From Strigamia acuminata (taxonomy: Eukaryota): a stretch of 64,000 nt of DNA. Under the pieces are notes generated by a model, which was given only the letters and a program-made list of their open reading frames with translations, was not told the DNA's origin and made no database searches. The position numbers and the translations under genes are program-made. The stretch spans positions 23,064,001-23,128,000 of the forward strand of contig OX442314.1 of the NCBI GenBank assembly GCA_949358305.1, in the 5' to 3' direction. Shown in pieces: positions 1 through 15,400 of the stretch. Within the stretch, counting starts at the first letter, position 1. Every line of letters starts with the position of its first letter.

Positions 1-476
1 TTTGATTGATTTGATAATGTAAATCGATTACTTTCGCCAACAATTTCCGGTGAACAAAGGAATAGAGAATTTAATCGATCTTTCCTTAAACATTATGTTG
101 GGTTATTGAGAAAACAAATACCCAGGTATTCAGTTGTTGAAAAATGAAAACGATTGTAAAAATGAAGTGGGGATGATTCTTTTCTCAAAGTCCTCAATAA
201 AAACAAATGGAATGAAAATCCAGGTTATTTTTTCCCCCTTTTCTACTTTCTAGATCCAATTCACCAGAATTTTCTATTTGTTTTCCAAAAATGTAAAAAG
301 GGTGTCTCTATAAAGAGACTTGACAAGTGAGATGATCGATTGTATTTTTCATCAACTTTCGATTCACTAAGAGTAGAAATGAAATGTAAATTGATTTCGT
401 TTTTTTTTCTTCCCGTTTTTATCTTTCTTTCTTTCTTTTTATTTTGTTTGTTTTTTATTTCTTTTCTTTTTTTTAG

Positions 477-3400
477 TGCGATGCAGCTGTTGGAATGAAA
501 GCTTTTTTTGACATGATGTACAAAAGTCCTACTAAAGTCATTCTCTTTGGCGCTGCGTGCACACAAGTTACCGATCCAGTGGCCAAGACGTCGAGAATTT
601 GGTATCTGACACAGGTAAGAGTGTGACGTTTTTAACTTTATGGTCGTTGTTTTGTCAATTGTTCGTGTAAGTAGTGTTCTATTGTCTTCTATTACCCACT
701 CTTCTCGTAATCGTGTCTCGCTTTCTCACTTTTTTTAGTGGTTTCTGTATCTGGGGAGTAATTAAATCAATCCTTGTCGCGGGTGTGTGTGTCAAGTAGT
801 CATAAATATCAATCAATGTGGTGTGATCAACTGCTGTTCTTCTTCGGGAGAAAGAATTGAGTTTTATGTCGTGATTTTCTGAGTTAAATAACATCCAATC
901 TGTGAAAATGTGAATTTTATACGAGTTACGGTAGAGAAGTTTTTATTATATTTAGGTATACTCCATTTAATAATTCAAAATTTCCATATTTTTCCTCATT
1001 TAGCTTTCATTTGTGTTTGGAAATAGGATGTGTTGGGGGAATATTATAACGTTATTGTTTCATTTATTTTCATTTATTTTATTTAGCTTGCTTGAGTTTG
1101 ACCCCGTATGGCGAACTCCATTCAGCAAGTCAATTACCTTTGGCTATTAAAGTATAGATAAAAGTTGCGTTTATATATATCAGTCTATTTATGGTTGCTG
1201 GTGGCAAGAGGTAATTCTCCAGTGTGTCGACAGCTTGCAATGTCGACGGGTCATACAAATTTGAAGGTTTTATATTCTTTTTATGCAGATTTAATTATCG
1301 CATTAGTGGTGTTCAATCTGACAAGAAGTTTTCATATGTTCCGATTATTTGAATTACTGTACTTTATATCTTCTAATTGTGCACTGCGAGCTATTTGCTA
1401 TAATTTCTTCTCCCCGCGTGCAATTGGATGCCCGCGCGGTAATAGAGACCCGCAGACAATAAGAAGATACCGTATATGATATGCAAATTTTCTGCATGTA
1501 TTTCGCAAATGCCAAAGTATTCAATGAGACAAATAAATCCGTTATATTGGCGATTATCCAGCTTTAGGATGAAGCGCGATCAGTATTGTGTGAAGTAGCT
1601 TGAAGATTTAATTTGGAGATTATTAGCGTGTGAATTGCGACTTTTGATTCTGTTTAATAGCACGTTGTGTAAACGGGAATTCTATTATCAAATAATACTG
1701 AATTTTATTAATTTCAATATATAGAATTGGTCATCAATTTATTGCGTAATTGTATAGTCGTTTGACAATTTTTTTGGGATTTTATTTTAAGATTTTTATT
1801 TATTTTTACTTTTTTTGAAAACTGTATAGCACAAACGTCTGAAGAGTTTTGATGCGATACCAGCAATATTGCAATCATTTTTATTCTTTCCTACGTTCTG
1901 CCACACAGCACCACAAGAAAAGAAAAGAAAATAGAATTTATTTTCGCCATTTCTAACACTTCAACAGCAGCAGGCCAACATGAACAATACTATTTTAAGT
2001 TATCTACAAACAACATAGCTGGATGTCACCTTAAACTGAGCCAATTTTAAGACGCTAGATAAAATGTGTTTTTGATCATTTTATTGAAGTTTTAATTATA
2101 GCAGTTCCTTTTATCCTATTTTATAGCACCGTCTTTTCTAGACGGGTAGAAAAGAATATAAATGTCATATGTCATATGGCTATTAAATAAACATTGATCT
2201 TCGTGCAATATTATAATAGCTGTCATATATTAAGCCACCTTCTAAATCATGTCAGAAGTGTGCTATCTTAGTAAACTGAGACTACTGCAAGCTGAAAAAT
2301 TGTGCAAAACTACAAGGCGGATGTTAAAACTTACAGTTAAACATGATTTGCTGTTTAAATGTCATGTGCACGTCCACTGACTACAAAAGGACTAAATCAG
2401 CCGCCATTTTTGAAGTTAGATCGCAACAAGCAGTTCAAATATGTTGTTTAAAATTATTTTTATGAATGCTCCTACTATTTATACCTCATCAATTCCACAT
2501 AGACTTTTGGTTTCATATTTTGCCGGCAGGCTTAGAATGGCTGTGATAGTCATAACTGCATTGCCAAAAATGTGAATTTTGCATTTTTAAAACAAAATAG
2601 CTAAAAAAAAAATGGAACGTTTTTGTATTTATATATTTATTTATTTATGGTTTTTGTATTGCTATGTTCTGGTGATGCAGTGCAATGGCCACCAACTACC
2701 AGTACGTGACACACCAAAATGGCAACCCCAGTGAATATGTTTTAGTTCTCTTCTGAAGTAATCTGGGACCTCTGGGTACTAAATATTTATCTTTTAGCCT
2801 TTCTTCGAGTGAGGTGAGAAAGTCCGCTCAGCTTTGTTCATGTAGAATATGTAGGTGATGAAATGGCAACAAAATTCTTTAATAATCTAAATATATATTT
2901 TTTAATTTTTAATTTTAGAAGACATGAATAAAAAGTTATTCATGCAGTTATTTTTTTCCTTCTAATTTTTCATATTTAATCAATTCTCCTCACCTCTGTG
3001 CAGTTCAAGTGACGACTGGCAATTTAATTTTCCAATCACATTAGTGCTAAAAAGTAGAAGAAAAAAAATTGAGTGCCAAGAGGGGCTGCAATTGATAGAA
3101 TTTTACTAAAATAAAAAAAAAGAAACTGAAAATAATTTTTTCTACACACACTCTCATAAGGCTTGTTACCGTACCTTAATGCTTGTTAATTCTTGTGAAA
3201 ACGACCTATAAACACACAAAAGTTTTTTTTTAAATTTTTTTTATAACCAAAATAAAGCAGAAAGCACAAAAACAATTTGTAATTTTTCCCCGCGATAAAT
3301 TGGTAGTTCAATTTGCAAGCTAAGTGGCATTCGGTGCAGCAAACAGGTTTTGCCATTAGATGCCAGAAGCAGATATTGGAGGTTTCATGCACTTTGCTTT

Positions 3401-6400
3401 TACTTTGTCATTTCTGATCGGCGTATCGGAAATTACTTTGCAGTTGTCTTACGCCGACACGCATCCGATGTTCACCAGCCAGAATTACCCCTATTTCTTT
3501 CGAATGGTTCCCAGCGAGAACGAATTCAATTCTCCGCGGATTCACCTGTTGAAATTATTCAATTGGACCCAGGTGGGCACTCTTTACCAGAATAAACCGC
3601 GTTTTGCTTTGGTGAGTTCAACTTCGATCGGAAACTTAAATTAAAAGTGAAATGTAAAACTTAGACTGTTTTCAGGCACACAATAAGCTGCTCAACGACC
3701 TAGAAGAGGCTGGGATCACCATTCTAGACTCGCAGAGTTTCGCCAAGGAAGTGAAAACGCATTTAATTAAATTGAAGGTAATTGTTATTTGCTAGTTTAG
3801 GAATTTCTTCCTCTCATTCAATCGTTAATTATTAATATCAGCACTATTAGTAATTCATTAACGTGCACTGTAATGTGTTATTTCACTCAGGGAGGTAAAT
3901 TAATTGAATTAATTCGAGAAAATGGCCATCAACATTTTATAGCGTTTTTCTAACCTAATGGACAAAAGGGTAAGGCTCAGTCCAGTGCAGGCATTAATTG
4001 TATGTTCACAGACAATTACGACATACGTAATTGCTTGCAAACCACTTTGAAGTAGTTTTATTTTAAGTGTGTTTACGTTCGAATGGCGTAAACCGGCAAT
4101 TTGGGCTGCAATGAAAATTGCTCGTTGTTTTACACTTTTCTACACTATTGATTTTGATTTTCTTTTTTAAATTACATGACATCACAATGATTGTATTTGA
4201 TTATCATATCAAAATGGTTTTTTATATAAATTTCGATGATGTTAATCAAAAAGATTTAATACTCTTTAATGTAATATTTCTTTAAACTTAAACTCGGCAC
4301 TTACAAATGTTTCCAATGACTAGACAGATAATGTATAACTCAATTCTAGTAAGGACCGAAGATTAATGAGCTTAGTAGTTCCCAAAACAAATTTTTCATA
4401 CTTTACTTGTAGTCACAGTTGGAGATAAGAGCTTTGGAATCATTTGAAATAATTAATATAATACCTATTAGTTATTTATGATAATCTGCATTAAGCCATG
4501 TTAAAACCAATCAAAACTAATTTGAATAAATTGATACGATATCTAAATAAATCAAACTGGAACGTTAGTTTGAAATATGACTAAAGCAAGCAAAGTGATT
4601 TTTTTTGGCCCGTTTTACAATCTCGACAGGGTTAGCTGTGATTTATAGGAATAAATGCGGATGAAATCCTCTTGAATCCCACTTATTCATTTAAAAAAAT
4701 ATTTCATTCTACAGATTGTGTGAATTATCTAGTAATTATCAATTAGGAGCGGGGATTTGGCTCGATGATCCAAGTGGAGTCATTTCGAGACAGCAATAAA
4801 GCGACACGAACTTTTCCATTTCTACCAGTTATAAATCTTGATTAAGTCTGGATCCGTGCACTTGGGGCTCGTGGAGTTCGCTTCGTTCCGACGTACTGTG
4901 TCTCTCGGCTTACGTGTTGAGGGGTCCTCTGGGATAGTTGAAAGCTCCCTTTTCCTTTCCAGTGCAGAAAATCTTATATCTTGTCTGTTATTTTCTTTTT
5001 AAAAGTTTCCTTTTATTTCTTTTTAAAGGAAAAAGATGCCAGAATAATTCTAGGGAATTTCGACGAAAACTGGGCGAGGAAGATTTTTTGCGAGGTAAGA
5101 ATTAAATATTTATTTCAATTTTTTTTTTGACACAATATTTTAAAATGGTATAAATTAATACAGTTTAGAATTAATAGCACGGTAAAATTAAAGGGGGGAA
5201 AAGTGTAAAAAGCTTTATTTTAATATTTCAGCGAAAAAGCAGTTTAATTCTATGACGTAGCAGCCGTTTTTTTTTGTTTTTTTTTTAAATGGTGTTATTT
5301 ATTATTATTTTGGTAACAGGTGTTTCGTCTTGGTCTCTACGGTCGGAAATATCAATGGCTCATTGTTGGAATGTACGAGGACCAGTGGTGGAACAAGTTG
5401 GACAAGTCTGTAGCATGCAGCCGGTGGCAAATTGCACAAGCATTTGAAGGAACTATTTCTACTGATCTGCTACCACTGCGAACAAACTACATAAGGACAG
5501 TGTCCGCTATGGTAATTTAACATTTAACATTTAAAAAAAAGAATTATATATTTTTTTAATTTTTATAACTTTAAAAAACTTAAATTTTATATAAACACAT
5601 ACGGGGATGCGTTTTGCATATAAATTGTCACTTATTTTACATTTCATTGCAAACATAGCAGCGCAATACTTCAGAAACACATTTTTTCATATTTTCCCTT
5701 CTGCTTTCTTTTTGTATTTATTTACATTTTTATCACACGTGAGACTGGTATTAAAGAGATTCAAAACTTTAATTGCAACTGACACATTAAATTATTAAAC
5801 CACTCATGATTTATGACATGTTAGTTTGCCTTGTTCGCTCACTAAACATTCTAAACGCCCCACTTTTTAAAAGAGTAAATTAAATTGAAACAGTTCGGAT
5901 ATTACTTCAATTAATATTTAATTCATATCTAATTATTATGCAATATACCTGCATTGCCACAAACATTACCATCGCTGAAACGCATATAACAGCCATCAAT
6001 TTTGATAAATTTATAAGCGATAGGGCAATTAATATGTAATATAACTTTTGTGTTCTACAATCTGCTGTCATTCATCAAGCCCAATCAACTTCATCCAACG
6101 ATTTAAAACAATTTTCTTTTATTTCTCCATCTGACAACGATTGAATGTTTCACATTCGCAGTTCGAGCTCTCATTGCAGCAAAAAGGGGCACGACGTCGA
6201 GATAGTTTTATTGCCACGGGATTTGTCTGTCGGGTTTTAAATAAGTTATTTACTGCATGGGTGACTTGTAGTGATTATTTTAATTGGCAACAATATTGTG
6301 CACTTGACCATTGAGTAAAAATAGCCCGCAGTGTGAGTTTGGAGAGGCAGCAGCTACGCAGTTAGTGGCAATGGAGGTTCTTGGCATTGGTAGTAGAGAG

Positions 6401-9400
6401 TGGGGCGGGTGGCGAAGATGCTGTTGTAGCAAGCTGCAGGAGCATTTCATCAATGGAAGTTTGCGATCGATATTTGGCCACACGCTTTAGGGGAGGGCGA
6501 TTCCAAACGAGCCCTTTGGGGTTGTTTTGAGGGTAACAACATGGGAGGAGATTGTAGAGTAATTTGTGGATTGCAATTTGCTTACTTGTTTTTCAGACGC
6601 CCACGCAATACCTTTCCCAGTACGACAAGCTGCGGGGTAAGGAATACAGCCGGTTCCACGGGTATGCCTACGACGGGATTTGGACGACGGCTTTGGCCTT
6701 GCAAGCAGTTGCGAGGAAGTTGAAGGAACAAGGAGATGGTCGCGGATTGGAGGATTTCGAGTACAGGAGCGCCGAGTGGGGCGATATGTTTGCGACTGCC
6801 CTCAATGCAACTTCGTTCGAAGGGGTTACGGTAATAAAGTTTGAGAAACGAGGCGGAGGAAAAGAACTGAAGGTAGTGAATCTGAATAGAAAGTTTGTTA
6901 GGGTTTGTGGAGATGCTTGAAGTGGCGCACCAGATGTGAATAGTGAGCGAGGTGGAGTTGAATGAAAACAGCGAGAAAATTGCTTCTTTTCCTTTTCTTC
7001 ATTATCATTTTAATCACTTGAGAGTAATTAGTTCTTATGAATGAATGTGGAAGGTGTAGCTTTTAGATTATTCTTATTTTTGTATTTTTAAAGGGACCGG
7101 TTTGGTTTATCAACAACAACAGGAAGGGATATGTTCTGCTGAAACAATTTCAAGGTAAAAATTTCACGTGTGAGCTGATTTCGCCAATTTGGCATGGCAT
7201 TTGTACAGTTGTTTTCTATTCAATGGAGTGGAAATTAGACCTTTTTTTGTCGTGCAAAATGATTCGGTTTGAGGTTGGTTGTAGAACCAACACGAGTCGA
7301 ATTGGAAATGTAAATGTTTTGAATTTTGCATTGTTTCTGCTGTTTGCAAAGACAAAAAAATTGAAAAATTGGTTGATTATTAACTGTTGAAAAATATTTC
7401 AAGTCAATTTTTTAAAGTTAACTTTCCTTAATGAAACAATCTGAAAACTTTTAAACAATAAAGGCGAAATGTGGAAATCAATTTTACTCATTATGTGGGT
7501 AAAATCTGCAGCTTTAAATCTGAATTCTTTATCTTTTGGACCTTGGTGTCTTTTGGCTGGTGGATATGACATTTTTACGTCATCAGCTAAAAAATAATTA
7601 CACATCGTAAGGCACAAATTGGGTCACTTTTTTTCCTTACTAATAGATTTCTTGTCTGAAGACAGAATTGCACTTTGCGCATGCGTATCTAGATCAATGC
7701 AAGGGACTTCGATTCCCGTAAATCAAGGTTCACAAACTTTCTTTGGCTTCGGAGTCCGGAAATCCTTTACAGTATTCTGAATTTAACTGTTTAGATAACT
7801 TGTGTAAAGTTACTGATTTGATAAATAATACTCTAATTCCAATAGTCTACAAAGACTATTTCTTCTGTACGGTTTGCAGTTAAAAATGTCGAAACAACAT
7901 ATTTGCATCTGATACCATTTTCTTCAAGATTAGTATCAGAAAAATTATTAAGAGAGTTTCGGGATTAATTTACATGGCAGATTTAGTTACTAAATTACAA
8001 ATTATGCGGAGCCCCAATGGCCCACTGATCACGTATATTGCACCTATCGATGTTTGTTATTAAATTAAATGAATAAATCTCTGTCTGGTCTCCAATTACC
8101 ACCTGGGCCGTCTGTTTATTGAGTGGCAGTTCCAACTTTAGGACCGAAAAACCAGATGTTTCTAGAAAACATCATTAAATTAATAGGGGTAGTGTGAAGT
8201 TGTTTATGGGTATCATTCAGAAAGTCCATTTTTTAATTTTGCTATTATAGCGCTTATCTTTGGGAGTTTGACTCAAATACAGAAGGAATTTTTAACTGAA
8301 AGTGAATCTGCGCTGTGCAGAAAAGATAGGCATTATTATGTGACAAGTATATGCTAATTCCGCTTATCTTTATTTTTTTTCCAGAGGGAAAGGGAGTATG
8401 AATTTTATTCTCAGTTGAAGATGAACCAATTTTTCACAGATAGTTTACGTTTTGAATAACGTAATGTACTGTGGTGAAGTTAGGCTTATCTCATTTGCAA
8501 AAAGGGCCGAGTTTGTGGTTTATTTTAAATGTTTTCAATGATGCTCAAGTTAGTGCAAATATTATTACTTTATTACCACACGCTAGCCAGCTTTAAATTT
8601 TCATGTGTAATATTTATAGTGAATACTAATGCTGAAAGTGCGTTTTGTGAAATTCTTTTAATTAAAATATGAGCATGAAGTTTTTATTGCAAATTATAGA
8701 ATATTTAATGCCGCGATATGTGATTGATATGAAACTAGATTATATTCATGACGGGTTGTAATAAAATTACTTGACAAGGGTAAGGGTGATGCGTGTGCAA
8801 ACTGAAAATGATAATACAACACTAAAGTGAGGTCATAGCTCAAATGATCTCTGCATTAATTTAACTGCAACTGGAACACAGTAGGTATATTATTTGATTA
8901 GATAAATATCCGCGCAAGAGCTCTTAAAAAGTTTAGAAACCACTGTTCTGTGGAACCTTTATTAAAAATAAAAGATGAATTTCAGCGATGCAGTAATGGC
9001 GGTCTTTTAAACGGAATACTAAGCCATCTGTCGTTAAAATATTAAAACAATTGCGTCGAAACAATTTCCGGCGTGCTCGATTTTGTAGTTTTGTAGTTTT
9101 GGTAATTTTTATGTGTGATGACAACGAGTGGAGAAAACCAGCTTTTCAATTAATGAGAGTTGTTTTATTAAAACTGACATTTGCACATTAAAGGAGGCCG
9201 CGAGGTGAAGATTGGCGAATACGATGGAGTGCAAAATGTGTTGGATCTCAAGCGATGGAAAACAATTCAATGGAGAGGTTAGGTAAATTTCTTTGTGCAG
9301 TATTTTAAAAATCTGTTGCTGTTTTGTTTGCCCGTTTGTGGCCACGTTGGGGGTTTGTTTTTTTTCCCCTTTGCTTTGTTTTCAACAGGTTCCGGACCGC

Positions 9401-12400
9401 CGCTGGACAGAACTTTGTCCATTATAGAGCGCATGAGAGTCAATCTGCCCATTTATTCAGTTTTGGCGAGCATCGCGTCATGCGGTATCGTTACCGCGAT
9501 CTTCTTCCTGGCTATAAACATCCGTTTCCGGAACCAGAGGTATGTAAAAGGTTGAGAAATGTTTTATTTATTTTTAATTTAGTTTGTATCAAGGTATGCT
9601 TTACGACATGGGGAAAGTTTAAGCATCGATTTAAATGTTAATCGATTCGTCAAGGGGCTTTGTCAGAAAATGGCGATGATAAAAAGTGTTTTTATGCGGT
9701 GCTAACATTTAACTTAGGCTTAACTATTTTCTAGTTGATGCTTCAAAGGAATAACTTGAATGCCATTTAAAGCAGGAAGGAGCCGTTAAAGACACTATAG
9801 AATTTCTCTAAAATTTATTTCCGCAAATAGAAGAGTAAAAAAATTTAAAATTTAAAATTTAAACGAAAAGCAAAATTTCTTTTTCTATTTATTCTCTCTT
9901 CTTTTCGTACAACCGTGTTATTTATTTACTGCGAGTGGTGGCAAAAAAATCTGAAATGGAAACTGGTCATCTTTTTTGTGTGCTGTGTTGGAAAAAATAT
10001 GTTAAGTCGGATGGTCATCTGCTTTACAATGAAGCCTGTTCAGCTCTGTTTTGAGTGTGTTTGAATTCAAAGAAGACAACTTGGAGGAAAAGCAAAACTT
10101 AAAAACGATACAGTGCTAATAAAAGATTGACGCGAGGCGTCTACAATATCAACAACTTAATAATAACGACGAGCATACGCAATGACCCAACATGCTTTTG
10201 ATAGTTCAATTGTGTTTACCTCTTAACCCTCTGGTGAAATGCATAAGGACTTTTATCTCCATTGGTTTACTATGCTGGTGAGTGGTGATGGTTGACCAAT
10301 TTTTTCAGGTTCGTTAGTCTGTCGCAGGCCAATAACAGTAACCAATAGGAGTTTAAGTAAGTTGTGTGTGTTTGCTTCTCTGCGCTTCACTTCCCACGTA
10401 CATGTAAACACGCGAGCGGATATAAGTTAGTTACCAGCGAGCATTTTCCATACAGAGTGAATGAGCTTGTTTACTTTTGAAGCTACATTTACATGTAAAA
10501 AATAAAATAAAGTATAAACTTTAGTTTTGGTGAAGTTGTCTAGACGCCAGAATATTTGCATCAGCTGGTTATTTACCTAGAGTAGTTGTTTACATAAAAG
10601 CTGAATACCTACATTGTTTTATGCATTTTTTGCGCACAAGTTATTACCAAAAAGCAGATGAATTTACCTGCTTCTAGCATTTTTTAATCTGTACAATTTT
10701 GTGCCGTAGACTGTAGTGCCATTCATTTTATCTAGGACTTTGATTGGTTCTATCTTAGATTAAGAAACTTGTAAGATGAAAGTAGGAATGACTTATCGAC
10801 AGCTACACATATATTGAATACAGAAAATGAATATTTTATTACCCAATAAACCTGCAAGAAGCATTTTTATTGCCAACTTGCAGCGGGTTTTATCACATTT
10901 GAACCTGAATTCCCTTCAATGATAAATTAATTCTATTTTGTCAAATGAAAAATGTGTTTATATTGTTTGAAGACATAAAATATAGATGGATGAATAGTAG
11001 ATACATGTTTTGAGATGGTCTTTCATCATTGCAATCTCAGGGGTATTGGGGAACGACAAACAAAGTATGAAATTGAAAAGCATTTCACTCGAATGTCATC
11101 ATGCGGCTTGTCATTATTGAAAACAGTTAAATGAAATTGAAATTGATTGTATGTTTGGATTTGAAATGACATTGCTTGATGTTCTAGATGCAGATAAAAT
11201 GGAATTACATTTTCTTCTTCTTCCTTTTCAGGAATATTAAGATGTCAAGCCCTTATTTGAATAATTTAATAATTATCGGCTGCATTTTGACCTATACCAG
11301 TGTCATCTTGCTTGGATTAGACAGTGAACTGACAAGTGAAGATTCTCTTCGTTATGTGTGTTCGGTATGTTAGAAAATTGACTTGTCTTTCTAAGAGCCC
11401 GAAATTCTAGACATATTTTAAACACTTTACCAAACAAATTAGATTGACCTTTTATCTTAATCGTGATCAAAGCCATAGTAATATGCTAGGTAACCTTCAG
11501 TTCACATCCTGTATCTTGATGCCAAATTCATACTGCGCATCACATTCTGCGCATGCATTTAACATGGCGATTGTCAAGCTGCAAGATTTCGGTACCAGGC
11601 TGAAAAAATTACTTTTGTTAATGAGTTTATCATTATTTATTTACTTTATTTTAGCATTATTAGGCCTAATATTAGACTTAACACTACAAAATAACGACTG
11701 AAATTAGGAAATCAACTGCGCGGAATGGAATGTACAATATGAGTTTGACATCAAGATACGCGGAGACCAAAGGTGCTGTCACGTTGGTGCTTTGTGTTTT
11801 ACACCATTACACGCATGCGCCTCACATATTTCAATGGTAAAGGGCGCCAAAATGCGTGGTTTGCCTGGGTCGCAAAACATTTGCACTAAGTCTGTTAAGA
11901 CATTTTGTCTCGTCCATTGCTACGCTCAAGTATGGTCTCGTAGGAAAAGACCAAAATCCTTAAAAATCACTCAAACGGCAAGAACAAATTATACACATTG
12001 GGCCCAGCCGGACATTTGTCGATTCATCGAACCACGTACTTCATTTATAAGAACTTGAACCGCACAGAATGAGAACGGCTCACTGTGTTGATCACTTGTT
12101 CCCATTTGAACACAGAAATTAAGCAGCATTGTATTTGGTCTGTTCAAGTGCGTGAAGTGATCTCAGGCTTGCTCACAAGTTCAATGAGGCATGAGTCGCT
12201 TTCATATTTTGGGGTCCCTTATAACCCTTTCCTTTTCCTTACAATCCACCACAATTTCTCATGTGAAGACTCCATTTAGACAATATAATAACAGCCAATT
12301 TATACTACGGAGTAAAAGGGTAATGTTACCTTTAAAAATAATTAAAATGTGGAAGCGACTTAATATATCAAAAGTGTGCAATTTGGATTTTTGCCAAACT

Positions 12401-15400
12401 TCAGTGAGTTAGCAAAATATTACCCACTGTTTTCAGCGACAGTAATCCTTAGATACTAACAGATTAAATAAACCAAGCGGAGATATGAATTTGTTTATTT
12501 TTATTATTGCTAATGGATAGGGGATGGGGATAGCTGTGCAGGCAAGCAAACGCCAATAATGCGCAAAAATATTGACACTTCGTTCACTGCAAATGTGATT
12601 TGAGTTAAAAATAGGTTTATTCACATCAACAACTAATAATTAGTTAAATTATTTCCTTCCTTCAGAGATTTTATAAGTCATTTTTTTTTAAAATTTCTTT
12701 ATCGATGACATTTTTATGCGTTTTGTATTCAAAATGGGATTTTTTTAAAAAATGACCGTTTTATGCAAAGAGATTTGGAAATTAATTCAGCCTCAAAGCG
12801 GGTATTTAGCACTATTTAAAAGCGCTCTGGCTCTGCTCTGTCATTTAATTTTTTAGCGGTTTTGATTTCAATAATACCAGGATAAGCTTTTTAAAGAAAT
12901 GTATATTTTAATCTTGTGAAATTCTCGTTTATCTGATCTTCAGATGCGGGCCTGGATTCTCATGTCTGGGTTTACGTTGGCATTTGGTTCTATGTTCAGT
13001 AAAACGTGGCGGGTTCACACGATTTTCACCGACATCAAACTGAACCGCAAGGTATGGTATTGTCTTTTTAAGATAGAAAAGAAGCGAAACCGCGCAGGGC
13101 GAAATCGCATTAATAAGACTTTCTTCGTGCAGTAAATGTTGTACCAAAACAAAAATTAATTTAACCTAAAAATGCAATTTGTCGGGAAAAAAATGTATTT
13201 TTTCAATCCACAATAATGTGTTGTTGACTGCGATGCTTGAAAACGAACCATAATCAAATCACTCGCCTATATTTCATCAAAATAAGTTAGGTGTGCTGGA
13301 ATTGCGGTTAAGCGAAATTTGATTAAGTGGTTTCACTTTTGGAAAAATATTTTGTTTTTTATGTGATACCTAAAGTGGTTCAAAAACACATTAAAATTAA
13401 AATATTAAATTACAATGTGTTTTGAAATGCATTGAGTTTCACGGGAATATGTTTTGTATACATTTTTACATGCTGGTGGTTTGTAAAATGTATTATGATG
13501 AAATGTGCATTCAAAATATTATTATTTGTCAAATATGAATGCATTTTCAAATGTATTTTTTCAGTTATATTATGAAATGCACGTGCAGTATTGTAAAATA
13601 TATTTTTCAACCATATACAGTTCGCGCCCGGTAATCTTGATGCTAAATTCGTACTGCGCATCCCATTCTGCGCAGACGATTTTCTAATTCCAGCTGTTAT
13701 TTAGCAGTATTAGGCCTAATAATGCTAAAATAAAGTAAATAAACAACAATATTTTGATCATACACTGTAAATTAATTTTAATCATGAGTTTATTGTTGTT
13801 TATTTACTTTATTTTAGCATTATTAGGCCTAATACTGCTAAATAACAATCGTCTGCGCAGAATGGGATGCGCAGTACGAATTTAGCATCAAGATACCGGG
13901 CGCGAACTGTAGGTAGGTATTTTTTAATACTCTTCTATTAATTATTCAAAATAGTCAGAGAAATTGAACAGTTTAAAGTTGGGTTGTTTTTCTAGTGAAA
14001 AAGTTTGAAAATGTATGCGCAAACTCATTCTCCTCCCTCTGTGGTGGTTCGAAATGGCCCACCACAGCTGCGCGCCAAAAGTATAGTGACTATTGCCGTG
14101 TTTAACTGAGTCGATTCAAGTAATTTTGTTAGGTTACAACTTTTGGGGTAACTATATGCTGTGCTTCCAAACGAAGCAGCAAATTCCCATCGGATACCGA
14201 TTACCGACCTCTATACACTCCGCAGATGAGTTCAATCAATAGGAAATCTTGACGTAGCATTAATGTTCGTCTTTAAGCAAGCAAAAATTGTGACCCGAAT
14301 AAAACTTTTTACATTTCTGTGGCTTTTATTTTTATATTGAATGCAGTCTTTTCTCATTCCGTGTATATAATCCTTATAAAATTGGATTTAATTGAAAATT
14401 ATTGCAGCCACGTGAAATAAATGAAATGATAGTGGAACATTAGAGGAATTTAATGTTATAAAGGCAATAAATGTTGTGTTGGAATGCGTTTGCAGGCTAT
14501 CACGGATTTCCAGCTCATTTCTGTAGTGGCCGTTCTACTAGGAATTGATATTGCCATCATGGTCACGTGGCAAATCTTGGATCCTTTTTATCGGGAGACT
14601 AAGAAACTGCCTCCAGTGGTACGCTGCCGAGTTAATTCTTATGGATTTAATCAATAAAGTTTGGATTAATTTTTTCCTTCTTTATGCTTCACTTTTTTTT
14701 TCCAGCCACATCCTACTAATCAGGATTCCCAGATCGTGCCTGTCATGGAATACTGCAAAAGCGATAGAATGACGTTGTTTTTGGGTGCTATTTACGTCTA
14801 CAAAGGACTTTTAATGGTACGAATGTTTTCTTGTTATTAACTGGGCATTCCGCATCACAAGTTGAAGCAACGGTGCAGAAATAATTCTTTTTCATTCCTT
14901 GTTGTGGTGTCCTGTTCAACTCTAGCCCAAAATAATTATCTGGAAAATTAGCAGTTTGAACTTTGCGTTTAATGTAACAAACATGTAACGTGTAATTATC
15001 TTAGAATTGATTCTGCAATTATTTCCATCGATTTAGTGGGTTTTCTTTTTTCTTTTTTCTTTTATTTTCTTTTTTTGTGACTAATTTTAGATCATCGGCT
15101 GTTTTTTGGCTTGGGAAACTCGGCACGTGAGCATACCAGCTCTAAACGATTCCAAGTACATTGGCATGTCGGTGTACAATGTAGTAATTATGTGCGTTAT
15201 TGGTGCAGCCATATCATTCATTTTATCCGATCAACCAAATACTTCCTTCATCATGGTGTCTGTATTCATCATTTTCTGTACAACTACCACGCTTTGCCTC
15301 GTCTTTGTGCCTAAGGTAATTATTCAACAGACCGAAAGTAATTTAAATCATAATTAACATGCCTTTCACTGGACTCATTGCTTCCACATCAAACCATAAA

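Noticed and set aside
261..1479. Short ORFs in the track here and in other introns
   Set aside because: Low-complexity AT-rich or antisense-to-exon frames with non-ATG starts; no protein signal.
4835..4960. GC-rich intronic patch as a tRNA or ncRNA
   Set aside because: No cloverleaf, A/B boxes or snoRNA boxes could be supported.
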